Below are positions 1-8,264 of a stretch of 24,127 nt of DNA, piece after piece. Below the pieces are notes generated by a model. It saw only the letters and a program-made list of their open reading frames with translations, did no database searches and was not told where the DNA came from. Source of the DNA: Pseudomonadota bacterium (lineage in GTDB: Bacteria; Pseudomonadota; Gammaproteobacteria; Burkholderiales; JALYOK01); the NCBI GenBank assembly GCA_043733025.1, contig JAYTGZ010000044.1, positions 1 to 24,127 on the forward strand. Reading direction: 5' to 3'. Position numbers and translations under genes: made by a program. Numbering within the stretch: position 1 is the first letter of the stretch; each line of letters opens with the position of its first letter.

Positions 1-356
1 TGTTCGGCGGGCGCGGCGACGGCGAGCGCCCCAATCCGATAGTCGGCCTGATCGTGATGATCCTCGCGCCCCTTGCCGCAATGCTGAGTCAGATGGCGAT
101 CTCGCGTGCGCGCGAGTTCGAGGCCGATCGCGGCGGCGCCGAGATTTCCGGCGATCCGCGCGCGCTGGCGTCGGCATTGGATAAGATTCAGCGCTACGCC
201 AAAGGTATTCCCTTGCCGGCGGCGGAAGCCCATCCGGAAACCGGCCAGATGATGATCATCAATCCCCTCTCCGGCGGCAATCTCGCTGGACTATTCAGCA
301 CCCATCCCGACACGGGGGAGCGTATTGCCCGGCTCGAGGCCATGGCGCGCGCTTGA
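1..356 (+). CDS. htpX: Zinc metalloprotease HtpX (M48), C-terminal part; 5' end lies outside the window
   Basis: Open frame from position 3; C-terminal M48 motifs [16 protein letters not shown] and LFSTHP..ERIARL; position upstream of rsmB. Confidence 0.9.
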   Translation, partial: FGGRGDGERPNPIVGLIVMILAPLAAMLSQMAISRAREFEADRGGAEISGDPRALASALDKIQRYAKGIPLPAAEAHPETGQMMIINPLSGGNLAGLFSTHPDTGERIARLEAMARA

Positions 357-1645
357 TTCTCATCCAGCGGCTGGCCAGCGGCGCTGTAAACGAAGTCCTG
401 GCCGGGCGTAATCTCGATCATGTTTTACGAAAAATTTGGTCGCAACACGGCGCCTCGCTCACGCCTAGCGAGCGCGGTGCGATCCAAGATATTAGTTTCG
501 GCTCATTGCGCTGGTATGGCGAACTGAAGGCTACCCTCGCGCAGTTATTGGCGCGTCCGCTTAAGGACGCGGACATCACGGCTTTGCTGGTGGTCGCCCT
601 GTTCCAGTTGCGTTACAGCAAGGCGGCCGCCCACGCGGTGGTCGACCACGCGGTGCAGACCGTGGCGGTGCTGGGCAAGCCCCAGTTCAAGGGGCTGGTC
701 AACGGTGTGCTGCGGAACTTTTTGCGCCAGAGCGAAGCGCTGATCGATGCGATTCAACACGACCCCGAAGCCCATTACTCCTATCCCAAATGGTGGATAG
801 GAAAAATCCAATGCCAATACCCGGCGCATTGGGATGAGATCCTGACGGCGGGAAATCAGCATCCGCCCATGACATTGCGGGTCAATCGGCGCAAAACCAG
901 CGTCGAAAGTTACTTGCGAAGGCTCTCCGAATTAGGCATCGAAGCGAGCCCATTGGATCACGCCGCCATCACCCTAACCCATCCCGTTTCGGTCGATCGG
1001 CTGCCGGGATTTTCCGAGGGACTCGTGTCGATACAAGACCACGCCGCCCAACACGCGGCGCGGTTATTGGATTTAGCGACCGGTTTACGTGTATTGGACT
1101 CTTGCGCCGCACCGGGCGGCAAGACCGGACATATCTTGGAAGCCGCCCATGTCGACCTGACCGCGATCGACAAAGACACCGAGAGAATGAAGCAAGTCGC
1201 TGCAACTCTCAGCCGGTTGGGGCTAAATGCCGTTCTAAAGACTGCGGATGCCGGCAAATTGGACGAATGGTGGGACGGCAGGCCGTTTGACCGTATCCTC
1301 TGTGATGCCCCCTGTACGGCCTCTGGAATCGTCAAACGCCATCCGGACATCAAATGGCTGCGCCGGGAGTCCGATGTTGCAAGATTCGCACAACAACAGG
1401 CACAACTGTTGGCCGTTCTATGGCGGACGCTGACCCCGGGCGGCAAATTGCTGTACGCTACTTGCTCCATCTTCGCTGAAGAGAACCACCGGCAGATCGC
1501 TGATTTTTGCCGCAACCATCCCGATGCCATGTTGCAACCCATTCCCGAAGGTGATAACCACGGCCTCCAGCTTCTGCCGAACGCGACGGCAGATGGGTTC
1601 TTTTACGGGTTACTGCGGAAGCACCCGCACGCCGGACGGCATTGA
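353..1645 (+). CDS. rsmB: 16S rRNA m5C967 methyltransferase RsmB (Sun)
   Basis: NusB-like N-terminus, SAM motif [10 protein letters not shown], catalytic DAPCTASG and YATCS; TTG start overlaps the htpX stop. Confidence 0.95.
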   Translation: MILIQRLASGAVNEVLAGRNLDHVLRKIWSQHGASLTPSERGAIQDISFGSLRWYGELKATLAQLLARPLKDADITALLVVALFQLRYSKAAAHAVVDHAVQTVAVLGKPQFKGLVNGVLRNFLRQSEALIDAIQHDPEAHYSYPKWWIGKIQCQYPAHWDEILTAGNQHPPMTLRVNRRKTSVESYLRRLSELGIEASPLDHAAITLTHPVSVDRLPGFSEGLVSIQDHAAQHAARLLDLATGLRVLDSCAAPGGKTGHILEAAHVDLTAIDKDTERMKQVAATLSRLGLNAVLKTADAGKLDEWWDGRPFDRILCDAPCTASGIVKRHPDIKWLRRESDVARFAQQQAQLLAVLWRTLTPGGKLLYATCSIFAEENHRQIADFCRNHPDAMLQPIPEGDNHGLQLLPNATADGFFYGLLRKHPHAGRH

Positions 1646-2207
1646 TCGGCTAGCTCGCCGGTGGATATCGGGAGTGCGGACGTTGATCATTGCAGTCCTG
1701 CTTATTTCCACGCTGTCCGTGGCGGCGAGCTTAAGCGTCGGTAACGCGGCCATCGCACCGGGCAATGAGGGTTACTTTCTCAACGCTGATTTCAATCTCA
1801 GGCTAAATAGCACACTGGAAGATGCCTTGAGCCGCGGTGTCGTGCTGTATTTTGTGATCGAAGGCCGGCTTTGGCGCCCCCGCTGGTGGTGGTTCAACGA
1901 CACCGTGACTGCGATCCAAGAGACGCGCAAGCTTTCGTATAATTCCTTAACGCGTCAGTATCGTTTGAGTAGTGGCCCTCAGTACCAGAACTTCTCGGCA
2001 CTCGACGATGCCGAAACTGTTTTAAGCCAAGTGCGAAACTGGAAAATCTCCGATGCGCTAAGTTTGAACAAAGGCAATCGATATCGCGGATCCGTCCGCA
2101 TGTGGCTGGATGTGACACAGTTGCCTAAACCCTTTCAAGTGAAAGCGGTGACGACCAAGGATTGGAATTTGGATTCCGAAGAGTTTTTATTTGATGTCAA
2201 TCTCTGA
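1593..2207 (+). CDS. DUF4390 family exported protein; start uncertain (ATG 1593, GTG 1674 or TTG 1683)
   Basis: Signal-like hydrophobic stretch, then GV.LYF..E..L.RPRWWW, LSYNSLTRQYRL and LD...LPKPFQ..A....DW motifs; usual position between rsmB and ntrY. Confidence 0.8.
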   Translation: MGSFTGYCGSTRTPDGIDRLARRWISGVRTLIIAVLLISTLSVAASLSVGNAAIAPGNEGYFLNADFNLRLNSTLEDALSRGVVLYFVIEGRLWRPRWWWFNDTVTAIQETRKLSYNSLTRQYRLSSGPQYQNFSALDDAETVLSQVRNWKISDALSLNKGNRYRGSVRMWLDVTQLPKPFQVKAVTTKDWNLDSEEFLFDVNL

Positions 2208-4353
2208 GCAAGGCCGAGCCCGCAGCCTACGCTGGCTAATCGCCGTTTGCGCCGGCCTCGGCATCGGCTTGGTCTACTTGATATCGGAAGCAAGTTCCAA
2301 TACCTCGTTGTTCGCCCGTAGTTACCCCTGGCTGTTGGCAACCGGCGGCATGCTGGCACTCGGGCTAATCCTGATCATTTCCTACCAACTGTGGCTGTTG
2401 CGGCGCAAAGTCAAAGGCCATGTGTTCGGTTCGCGTTTGACCCAACGGCTGCTGGTTATCCTGGCGCTGATGGCCTTGATTCCGGGCATTTTGGTCTACG
2501 TGTTGTCGGTGCAGTTCCTGTCGAAGAGCATCGAATCCTGGTTCAACGTTAAAGTAGAAAAGGGTCTGGAGAGCGGCCTCAATCTCGGCCGCACGACCTT
2601 CGATCGGCTGCTTAGCGAACTCGAAGCCAAGGCCGCATACATGGGCGGACAGCTCGCGGAAGTGGCGCCGGGCGAGGAAGTGTTTTCCGTGAATCAGTTG
2701 CGGGAGGAAAGCGGGGTCGAAGAGGTGACGCTTGTCAGTGCCCGCGGCAAACTCATCGCCTTCGCCGGCAGCGAGCGCGTTGGCCTGGCGCCCGACCTGC
2801 CCGCCGCGAAGATTTTGCGCCAAGTGAGAAGCAACCATACCCATCGTTCGGTCGATGCCGGCGATACACCGGGCCGCTATATCTTGCGCGTGGTGGTGCC
2901 CGTCGTCCACATCGGTTTGGATGACGGCGTGCGGGCGTTGCAGGTGCTCGACGTCGCCCCGGCGAGTTTGGCGCACGATGCGGAGACGGTCCGTACCGTG
3001 GCGCGCGACTACCAGGAAATCGCCTTGGCCCGTTCCGGGCTGCGTTCGCTTTTTGGCCTGGCGCTGACGTTGTCGCTTTTGCTCACCTTGCTGGTGGCCG
3101 TCGCCTTGGCGATCTTGCTGAGCGAAAGTTTGAGTGCGCCACTGAACATGCTGGCGGAAAGCGCCCGCGCTGTCGGCAAAGGCGATTTCAGCAAGGTCAA
3201 TCCGGTGAAGAGCCGCGATGAGTTGGGCGTGCTCACACAATCGTTCAATACCATGATGCGGCGCTTGGGTGAAGCGTCAGACCAAGTAGCTCGCAATCAG
3301 CAACAATTGGAAAACGCCAAGACTTACCTCGAAAGTATACTGGCGCGTTTGTCCGCCGGGGTGCTGGCGTTCGATGAACGCTTCATGTTGCGTACGGTGA
3401 ACCCGAGTGCGACGGATATTCTGCACATCAAACTCAATCAAGTACGCGGGATTCATTTACAGGATTGGGGCAGCGCGCTGCCGGAATTGAAGGCCTTGGT
3501 GGCGGAGATCGTCGGCGAGTTCGGCGCGACCGGTGGCAAGACCTGGGAAAAGCAAATCGAGTTCCTAAGCAAATCAGGCGAGCGCACGTTGCTGGTGCGC
3601 GGGACGCGGCTGCCGGCGAACATCGACAGCGGTTACATCGTGGTGTTTGACGACATCACTCAACTCATGCAGGTTCAGCGCGATGCAGCCTGGGGTGAAG
3701 TGGCGCGGCGCCTCGCCCATGAGATCAAGAATCCGCTGACCCCCATCCAGCTTGCCGCCGAGCGTTTGCGCTATAAGCTCGCTGATCGTCTCGATGCCGC
3801 CGATAGCGCGTTGTTGACGCGCGCCACCGATACCATCGTCAATCAGGTCGGCGCGCTGAAGGCCATGGTCGACGATTTCGGCGAATACGCGCGCACCTCG
3901 CGCATGAGTCCGCAAATATTGGATCTCAATGGATTGATACGAGAAGTGTTGGTGTTGTACGAAACCATGGGCGCCCGGATCGCCCTGGAGCTCGATCCGG
4001 ACCTGCCCAAGGTCAACGGCGACGTGAAGTTGCTACGGCAAGTGCTGCACAATCTGATACAGAATGCCCTCGACGCCTTGGCGGAAGTCAGCAATCCGAG
4101 CGTGTTGATCAAAACCGAATTGAGCGATACCGGCATTCGATTATCCATTTCCGACAACGGTAGCGGTTTTTCCGAGGCCTTGTTGTCGCGGGTGTTCGAG
4201 CCTTATGTCACCACCAAACCCAAGGGAACAGGCCTAGGATTGGCTATCGTCAAACGCATCGTCGAGGAGCATCAGGGGCGGATACAAGTCGCTAACGTCG
4301 AGCCTCACGGCGCCAGCGTGAGCATTCATTTGCCTCTGGCAGAAGCCGCTTAG
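2194..4353 (+). CDS. ntrY: NtrY-like sensor histidine kinase (TM-HAMP-PAS-HisKA-HATPase)
   Basis: H-box LAHEIKNPLTPIQL, N-box NLIQNA, DNGSG, FEPYVTTKPKGTGLGL; HAMP DELGVLTQSFN. Confidence 0.85.
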   Translation: MSISEQGRARSLRWLIAVCAGLGIGLVYLISEASSNTSLFARSYPWLLATGGMLALGLILIISYQLWLLRRKVKGHVFGSRLTQRLLVILALMALIPGILVYVLSVQFLSKSIESWFNVKVEKGLESGLNLGRTTFDRLLSELEAKAAYMGGQLAEVAPGEEVFSVNQLREESGVEEVTLVSARGKLIAFAGSERVGLAPDLPAAKILRQVRSNHTHRSVDAGDTPGRYILRVVVPVVHIGLDDGVRALQVLDVAPASLAHDAETVRTVARDYQEIALARSGLRSLFGLALTLSLLLTLLVAVALAILLSESLSAPLNMLAESARAVGKGDFSKVNPVKSRDELGVLTQSFNTMMRRLGEASDQVARNQQQLENAKTYLESILARLSAGVLAFDERFMLRTVNPSATDILHIKLNQVRGIHLQDWGSALPELKALVAEIVGEFGATGGKTWEKQIEFLSKSGERTLLVRGTRLPANIDSGYIVVFDDITQLMQVQRDAAWGEVARRLAHEIKNPLTPIQLAAERLRYKLADRLDAADSALLTRATDTIVNQVGALKAMVDDFGEYARTSRMSPQILDLNGLIREVLVLYETMGARIALELDPDLPKVNGDVKLLRQVLHNLIQNALDALAEVSNPSVLIKTELSDTGIRLSISDNGSGFSEALLSRVFEPYVTTKPKGTGLGLAIVKRIVEEHQGRIQVANVEPHGASVSIHLPLAEAA

Positions 4354-4500
4354 GGGTTTGTTGAAAAACTACTACGGGAACCTCGGTTTAAGTCCCTCGC
4401 GGTCGCGATGGACTTAATCAGAGGTTCCTTAGTACATTCCGGTTGCTGCGCGCCGCGCGCCTAGCATACGGGCATCCGCGCTACGTTTTTCAACAAACCC
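4354..4500. mobile_element. Family-1 MITE-like element, copy A (147 bp, reverse orientation relative to B, one arm deleted)
   Basis: Perfect 16-bp TIRs GGGTTTGTTGAAAAAC (4354-4369) and GTTTTTCAACAAACCC (4485-4500); 4432-4500 closely matches copies B, C and D; starts right after the ntrY TAG in a TTAG. Confidence 0.8.
4377..4428. repeat. Nested hairpin mini-element inside copy A
   Basis: 19-bp inverted arms GGAACCTCGGTTTAAGTCC and GGACTTAATCAGAGGTTCC (17/19 paired); near-identical to 21796-21850. Confidence 0.8.
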
Positions 4501-4633
4501 CCAGCGGAACGAAAATTCTCCGCCTATTGAAAGTCCGCTCGCCTCATTTGCTCATTCCAGTGTACTATTCCGCCGCATATGCGCTTAATTCTGGCGGGGT
4601 TTCCTCGGGACACTATTCGCACGTTCGTTAGCC

Positions 4634-5914
4634 ATGGGTAACCAGATTCTGGTCGTCGACGACGAAGTCGGCATACGCGAGTTGCTGTCCGAGATCTTGG
4701 TCGACGAAGGCTATGAGGTCAAGCTTGCCGAGAACGCGATGGCGGCCCGCGCCCTGCGTCGCGAAGCGCGTCCAGACTTGGTATTGCTCGATATCTGGAT
4801 GCCCGATACCGATGGCATCAGCCTACTCAAGGAATGGTCCGCCAGCGGCTTGCTGACCATGCCCGTGGTCATGATGTCAGGCCACGGCACCATTGACACG
4901 GCGGTGGAAGCGACCCGCGTCGGCGCCTTCGATTTCCTCGAGAAACCCATCACGCTGCGGAAATTGCTGGCGACCGTCGGGCGCGCCTTGGCCCGCGGCC
5001 AAGGATTCGTCCGAACCGGACTGGAACTCAGTAATCTCGGCAAGTCCCAACCGATCATGGATTTGAAGAAGCGTCTGGAGCAGATTGCGAATCGCAAATT
5101 TCCTGTTTTGTTGGTCGGTGAGAAAGGCTGTGGCGTCGAGATTTGCGCCAGCTATCTCAAGCAACCGAACGCGGCATGGGCGGCGCCGGAGGACACGGCC
5201 TGGCTCACGGACAATCCGTTCGCGATCCTGAACGACGTGCGCGACGGCATCTTGTTTTTGTCGGAGATCGCCCAGTTGTCCCGCAGTGAGCAGCGCGGTT
5301 TGCAGCATCTGATCGGAAAAATAGACAAGAACAATACGCGGCTGGTGTGCGCCACATCGAAGCCGTTGCCTGGACTGGTGCAGCAGGACAAGTTCGATGC
5401 CGATCTTGCCGGCAAGCTGAGCTTGATCACGGTTCCCATCCCGTCGTTACGGGAACATCCAGACGACATTATCGACATCGCCAACATGATGCTGGCGCAA
5501 CTGGTGGAAGCGAAAGACGTACCGCTGTGCCATTTTTCCAGCGGCGCCCTGAATGCCTTGCGTAACCTGGAATGGCCGGGCAATTTGCCGGCGCTCGCGA
5601 ATGCGGTGAAGACCCTGGCGGTCACAGGCCTGGCGGCGGAGATTTCCGCGGAAGACGTGGGGAGAATCGCACCGCAGTTCTCGCCCATGCAAACGCCGGA
5701 GCAAATGCTCGCTCAAGCCTTGCCGCTGGATTTACCCCTGCGCGGCGCCCGCGATGTGTTCGAGAAAATTTATTTTGAACATCACATCCGATTGGAGAAC
5801 GGTAACATGTCACGAGTCGCCGATAAGGTCGGACTTGAGCGCACTCATTTATATCGCAAGCTCAAGCAACTCGGCATTCGGCCCAGTCATGTGCAACGTG
5901 TCGAGGAAGCTTAG
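4634..5914 (+). CDS. ntrX: NtrX-like response regulator (REC, degenerate AAA+, Fis-type HTH)
   Basis: REC ILVVDDE / LLDIWMPDTDG / MSGHG / FLEKP; C-terminal ERTHLYRKLKQLGI; cognate of the upstream ntrY. Confidence 0.85.
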   Translation: MGNQILVVDDEVGIRELLSEILVDEGYEVKLAENAMAARALRREARPDLVLLDIWMPDTDGISLLKEWSASGLLTMPVVMMSGHGTIDTAVEATRVGAFDFLEKPITLRKLLATVGRALARGQGFVRTGLELSNLGKSQPIMDLKKRLEQIANRKFPVLLVGEKGCGVEICASYLKQPNAAWAAPEDTAWLTDNPFAILNDVRDGILFLSEIAQLSRSEQRGLQHLIGKIDKNNTRLVCATSKPLPGLVQQDKFDADLAGKLSLITVPIPSLREHPDDIIDIANMMLAQLVEAKDVPLCHFSSGALNALRNLEWPGNLPALANAVKTLAVTGLAAEISAEDVGRIAPQFSPMQTPEQMLAQALPLDLPLRGARDVFEKIYFEHHIRLENGNMSRVADKVGLERTHLYRKLKQLGIRPSHVQRVEEA

Positions 5915-6056
5915 GAGTTTGTTGAAAAACGTAGCGAGGATGCCCGTATGCTAGGCGCACGGCGCACAGGAACCGCAATGTACGTCGCCGTACATGAGGA
6001 TTCCGAACGCCGCGCAACCACGCCGACCGGCACCGCGGTAGGTTTTCAACAAACCC
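5915..6056. mobile_element. Family-1 MITE-like element, copy B (142 bp, simplest form)
   Basis: TIRs GAGTTTGTTGAAAAAC and GGTTTTCAACAAACCC; TTAG direct repeat on both sides (5911-5914, 6057-6060), the left one containing the ntrX stop. Confidence 0.85.
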
Positions 6057-6104
6057 TTAGAGTATTGACCGTGCCACGACGTCCAGGGGTATTGCCGCGT
6101 GACC

Positions 6105-6133
6105 ATGCAAGGCCTGGAAGCCGCTCCTATATT
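6105..6133 (+). promoter_or_regulatory. Possible sigma70 promoter of the transporter gene
   Basis: ATGCAA-N17-TATATT, about 35 bp before ATG 6169; weak -35. Confidence 0.3.
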
Positions 6134-6168
6134 GCCTCGCAGGCCGGTGACCTACAGCATGCTAGGTA

Positions 6169-8154
6169 ATGTCTAGTCCACGGTCCACCACGATCCTTCA
6201 ACGTGCCCGCGACTTCTGCTTCGGGCCGCCACGCGATCCGCTCAATCCCGACACGCGCCGTCATATCGCGCTGATCGCATTTTTCGCCTGGATCGGCCTG
6301 GGCGCCGACGGGTTGTCGTCCGCCGCCTACGGCCCGGAATTGGGCTATCTCGCGCTCGGCGCCCACGCCCGTTTCGGCCTTTATTTGGCGCTCGCGACCA
6401 CCGTCACGGTATTTATTATTTCACTCGCCTACAACCAGGTCATCGAGTTGTTTCCAAGTGGTGGCGGCGGCTACAAAGTCGCGAGCCAGTTGATTGGGCC
6501 CCATGTGGGTCTCATATCCGGCGCGGCGTTGATCGTCGACTACGTGCTAACCATTTCCATTTCCATCGCCAGCGCCACGGATCAGTTGTTCAGCTTGTTG
6601 CCACTGGGCGCGCAGCATTTCAAAATCATCGTCGGTGTAGCGTTGATCATTCTGTTGATCTTCCTCAATCTACGCGGTTTGAAAGAGGCGATCAAAGTCT
6701 TGGTGCCCATCTTTCTCGGCTTCGTGATCATCCACATCATACTCATCTTCTACGGCATCATCAATCATGCCGATCGACTGCCGGGCCTGGTTCCCGACAC
6801 CTGGCATGAAACCCTGGCGATGAAGGCGGAAACCGGTTGGTTCTTTGTCGTTTCCATGCTGCTGCTCGCCTATTCCCAGGGCGGCGGCACCTACACCGGC
6901 CTGGAAGCCGTGTCCAATAACGTCAATACTTTGGCCGAACCCCGCGTCCAGACCGGCAAGTGGACCATGTTTTATATGGCCTTCTCGCTGGCCTTTACCG
7001 CTGGCGGAATTCTGCTGTTATACCTGCTGTGGGACGCCAAGCCCGTCGCGGGCGAAACGCTAAACGCCGTGGTGTTCAAATCCATACTCGATACCTGGAC
7101 CCTAGGCGGCATTCCGTGGACCACCTTCATGCTGCCGATCGCCATGCTATTCACGGCGGGGCTGCTGTTCGTCGCCGCCAATACCGGTTTTCTCGGCGGC
7201 CCCGCAGTGCTGGCGAACATGTCCATGGATCAGTGGGTGCCCAATCAATTCGGTTCGCTGTCCAGCCGCCTGGTAACGAAGAACGGCGTCCTATTGATGG
7301 GTTTGGCGGCGCTAGCTGTGTTGATTTGGAGTCGCGGCGAAGTTGAACTGTTGGCCGTGCTTTATAGCATCAACGTGTTTTTGACATTCTCGCTCTCTTT
7401 GCTCGGCCTGTGCATTTATTGGCTGCGGGAGCGGCGGCAGGAAAGAAAATGGCTACGCCGTTTTACTCTTTCCGCGGTCGGATTTTCCGTCACCGCTAGC
7501 ATCTTGGTGATATTGCTGGTGGAAAAATTTGCGTCTGGCGCATGGGAAACCGTGTTGATTACGAGCGCGGTTGTGGCCGTGTGTTTGCGCATACGCAAAC
7601 ATTACGACGAGACCCGCGAGCAACTCAGAAAAGTAGAGGAAATTTTTTCGGGACAAAATTATGACGAGCTCGACAATCCGCCCGTCATTGACCGCGATGC
7701 GCCCACGGCGATATTCATGGTCAGCCGCAATCGCGGCGCCGGCATGCATACGTTGCTATGGGTTCAGCGCCTGTTCCCCGGTAACTTCAAGAATTTCGTT
7801 TTCCTCAGCGTCGGCGCGGTGGACACGGCAAGTTACGCCGCGGAAGGGGAGATCGAAAAGTTGCAAAAGGAAGTGAAGGGGACGATGGATTACTTCGTCA
7901 ACTTTTGCCACCACCATGGCATCGCCGCCAAGTCCTACGAAAGCTACGGTACCGATCGGGTCGACGAATTAACCAAGCTCGTCGATCAGGTATCGGTGGA
8001 ATTCCCCAACTCGGTTTTCTTCGCCAGCAAACTTATTTTCGTGCACGATAACTGGCTGACGCGTTGGCTGCACAATCAGACCTCCCTCACCATGCAGCGC
8101 ATCCTGCATCTACGCGGACAGCAGATGGTGATCTTGCCGATGAAGATCGGCTGA
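6169..8154 (+). CDS. APC-superfamily permease, KimA/YdaO (KUP-family) K+/H+ symporter-like
   Basis: Many predicted TM helices plus a soluble C-terminal domain; motifs ADGLSSAAYG, SGGGGYKVA, IVDYVLT, YTGLEAVSN and LYSINVF correspond to KimA motifs DALSSVAYG, VDYILT and TGVEAISN. Confidence 0.75.
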   Translation: MSSPRSTTILQRARDFCFGPPRDPLNPDTRRHIALIAFFAWIGLGADGLSSAAYGPELGYLALGAHARFGLYLALATTVTVFIISLAYNQVIELFPSGGGGYKVASQLIGPHVGLISGAALIVDYVLTISISIASATDQLFSLLPLGAQHFKIIVGVALIILLIFLNLRGLKEAIKVLVPIFLGFVIIHIILIFYGIINHADRLPGLVPDTWHETLAMKAETGWFFVVSMLLLAYSQGGGTYTGLEAVSNNVNTLAEPRVQTGKWTMFYMAFSLAFTAGGILLLYLLWDAKPVAGETLNAVVFKSILDTWTLGGIPWTTFMLPIAMLFTAGLLFVAANTGFLGGPAVLANMSMDQWVPNQFGSLSSRLVTKNGVLLMGLAALAVLIWSRGEVELLAVLYSINVFLTFSLSLLGLCIYWLRERRQERKWLRRFTLSAVGFSVTASILVILLVEKFASGAWETVLITSAVVAVCLRIRKHYDETREQLRKVEEIFSGQNYDELDNPPVIDRDAPTAIFMVSRNRGAGMHTLLWVQRLFPGNFKNFVFLSVGAVDTASYAAEGEIEKLQKEVKGTMDYFVNFCHHHGIAAKSYESYGTDRVDELTKLVDQVSVEFPNSVFFASKLIFVHDNWLTRWLHNQTSLTMQRILHLRGQQMVILPMKIG

Positions 8155-8174
8155 GGGTGTCAATCAATCAGTCC

Positions 8175-8252
8175 GCCACGCCAGAAGCCGCATGGCCCAA
8201 GGCCAGGGGCTAGCCTAGGGCTACCCCGTATCCATGCGGCTACTGGCGCGGC
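8175..8252. repeat. Palindromic element between convergent genes, enclosing a 38-bp CTAG-rich module
   Basis: 21-bp inverted arms 8175-8195 and 8232-8252 (19/21); 8193-8230 is 36/38 identical to the reverse complement of 21715-21752. Confidence 0.7.
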
Positions 8253-8264
8253 TTATTTGTAGAG

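Noticed and set aside
1524-1592. ORF-track N-terminal extensions (DUF4390 from 1524, rhodanese from 11368, histone-like from 19112)
   Set aside because: Downstream starts have better RBS or homology support; the extensions overlap other genes or promoter elements
2365-3240. 291-aa minus-strand ORF
   Set aside because: Antisense shadow of ntrY with no recognisable motifs; typical of GC-rich codon bias
6061-6168. ydaO (c-di-AMP) riboswitch upstream of the KimA-like gene
   Set aside because: Region too short and lacks the conserved GCUGAA/GGGGA/GGGUGAA blocks
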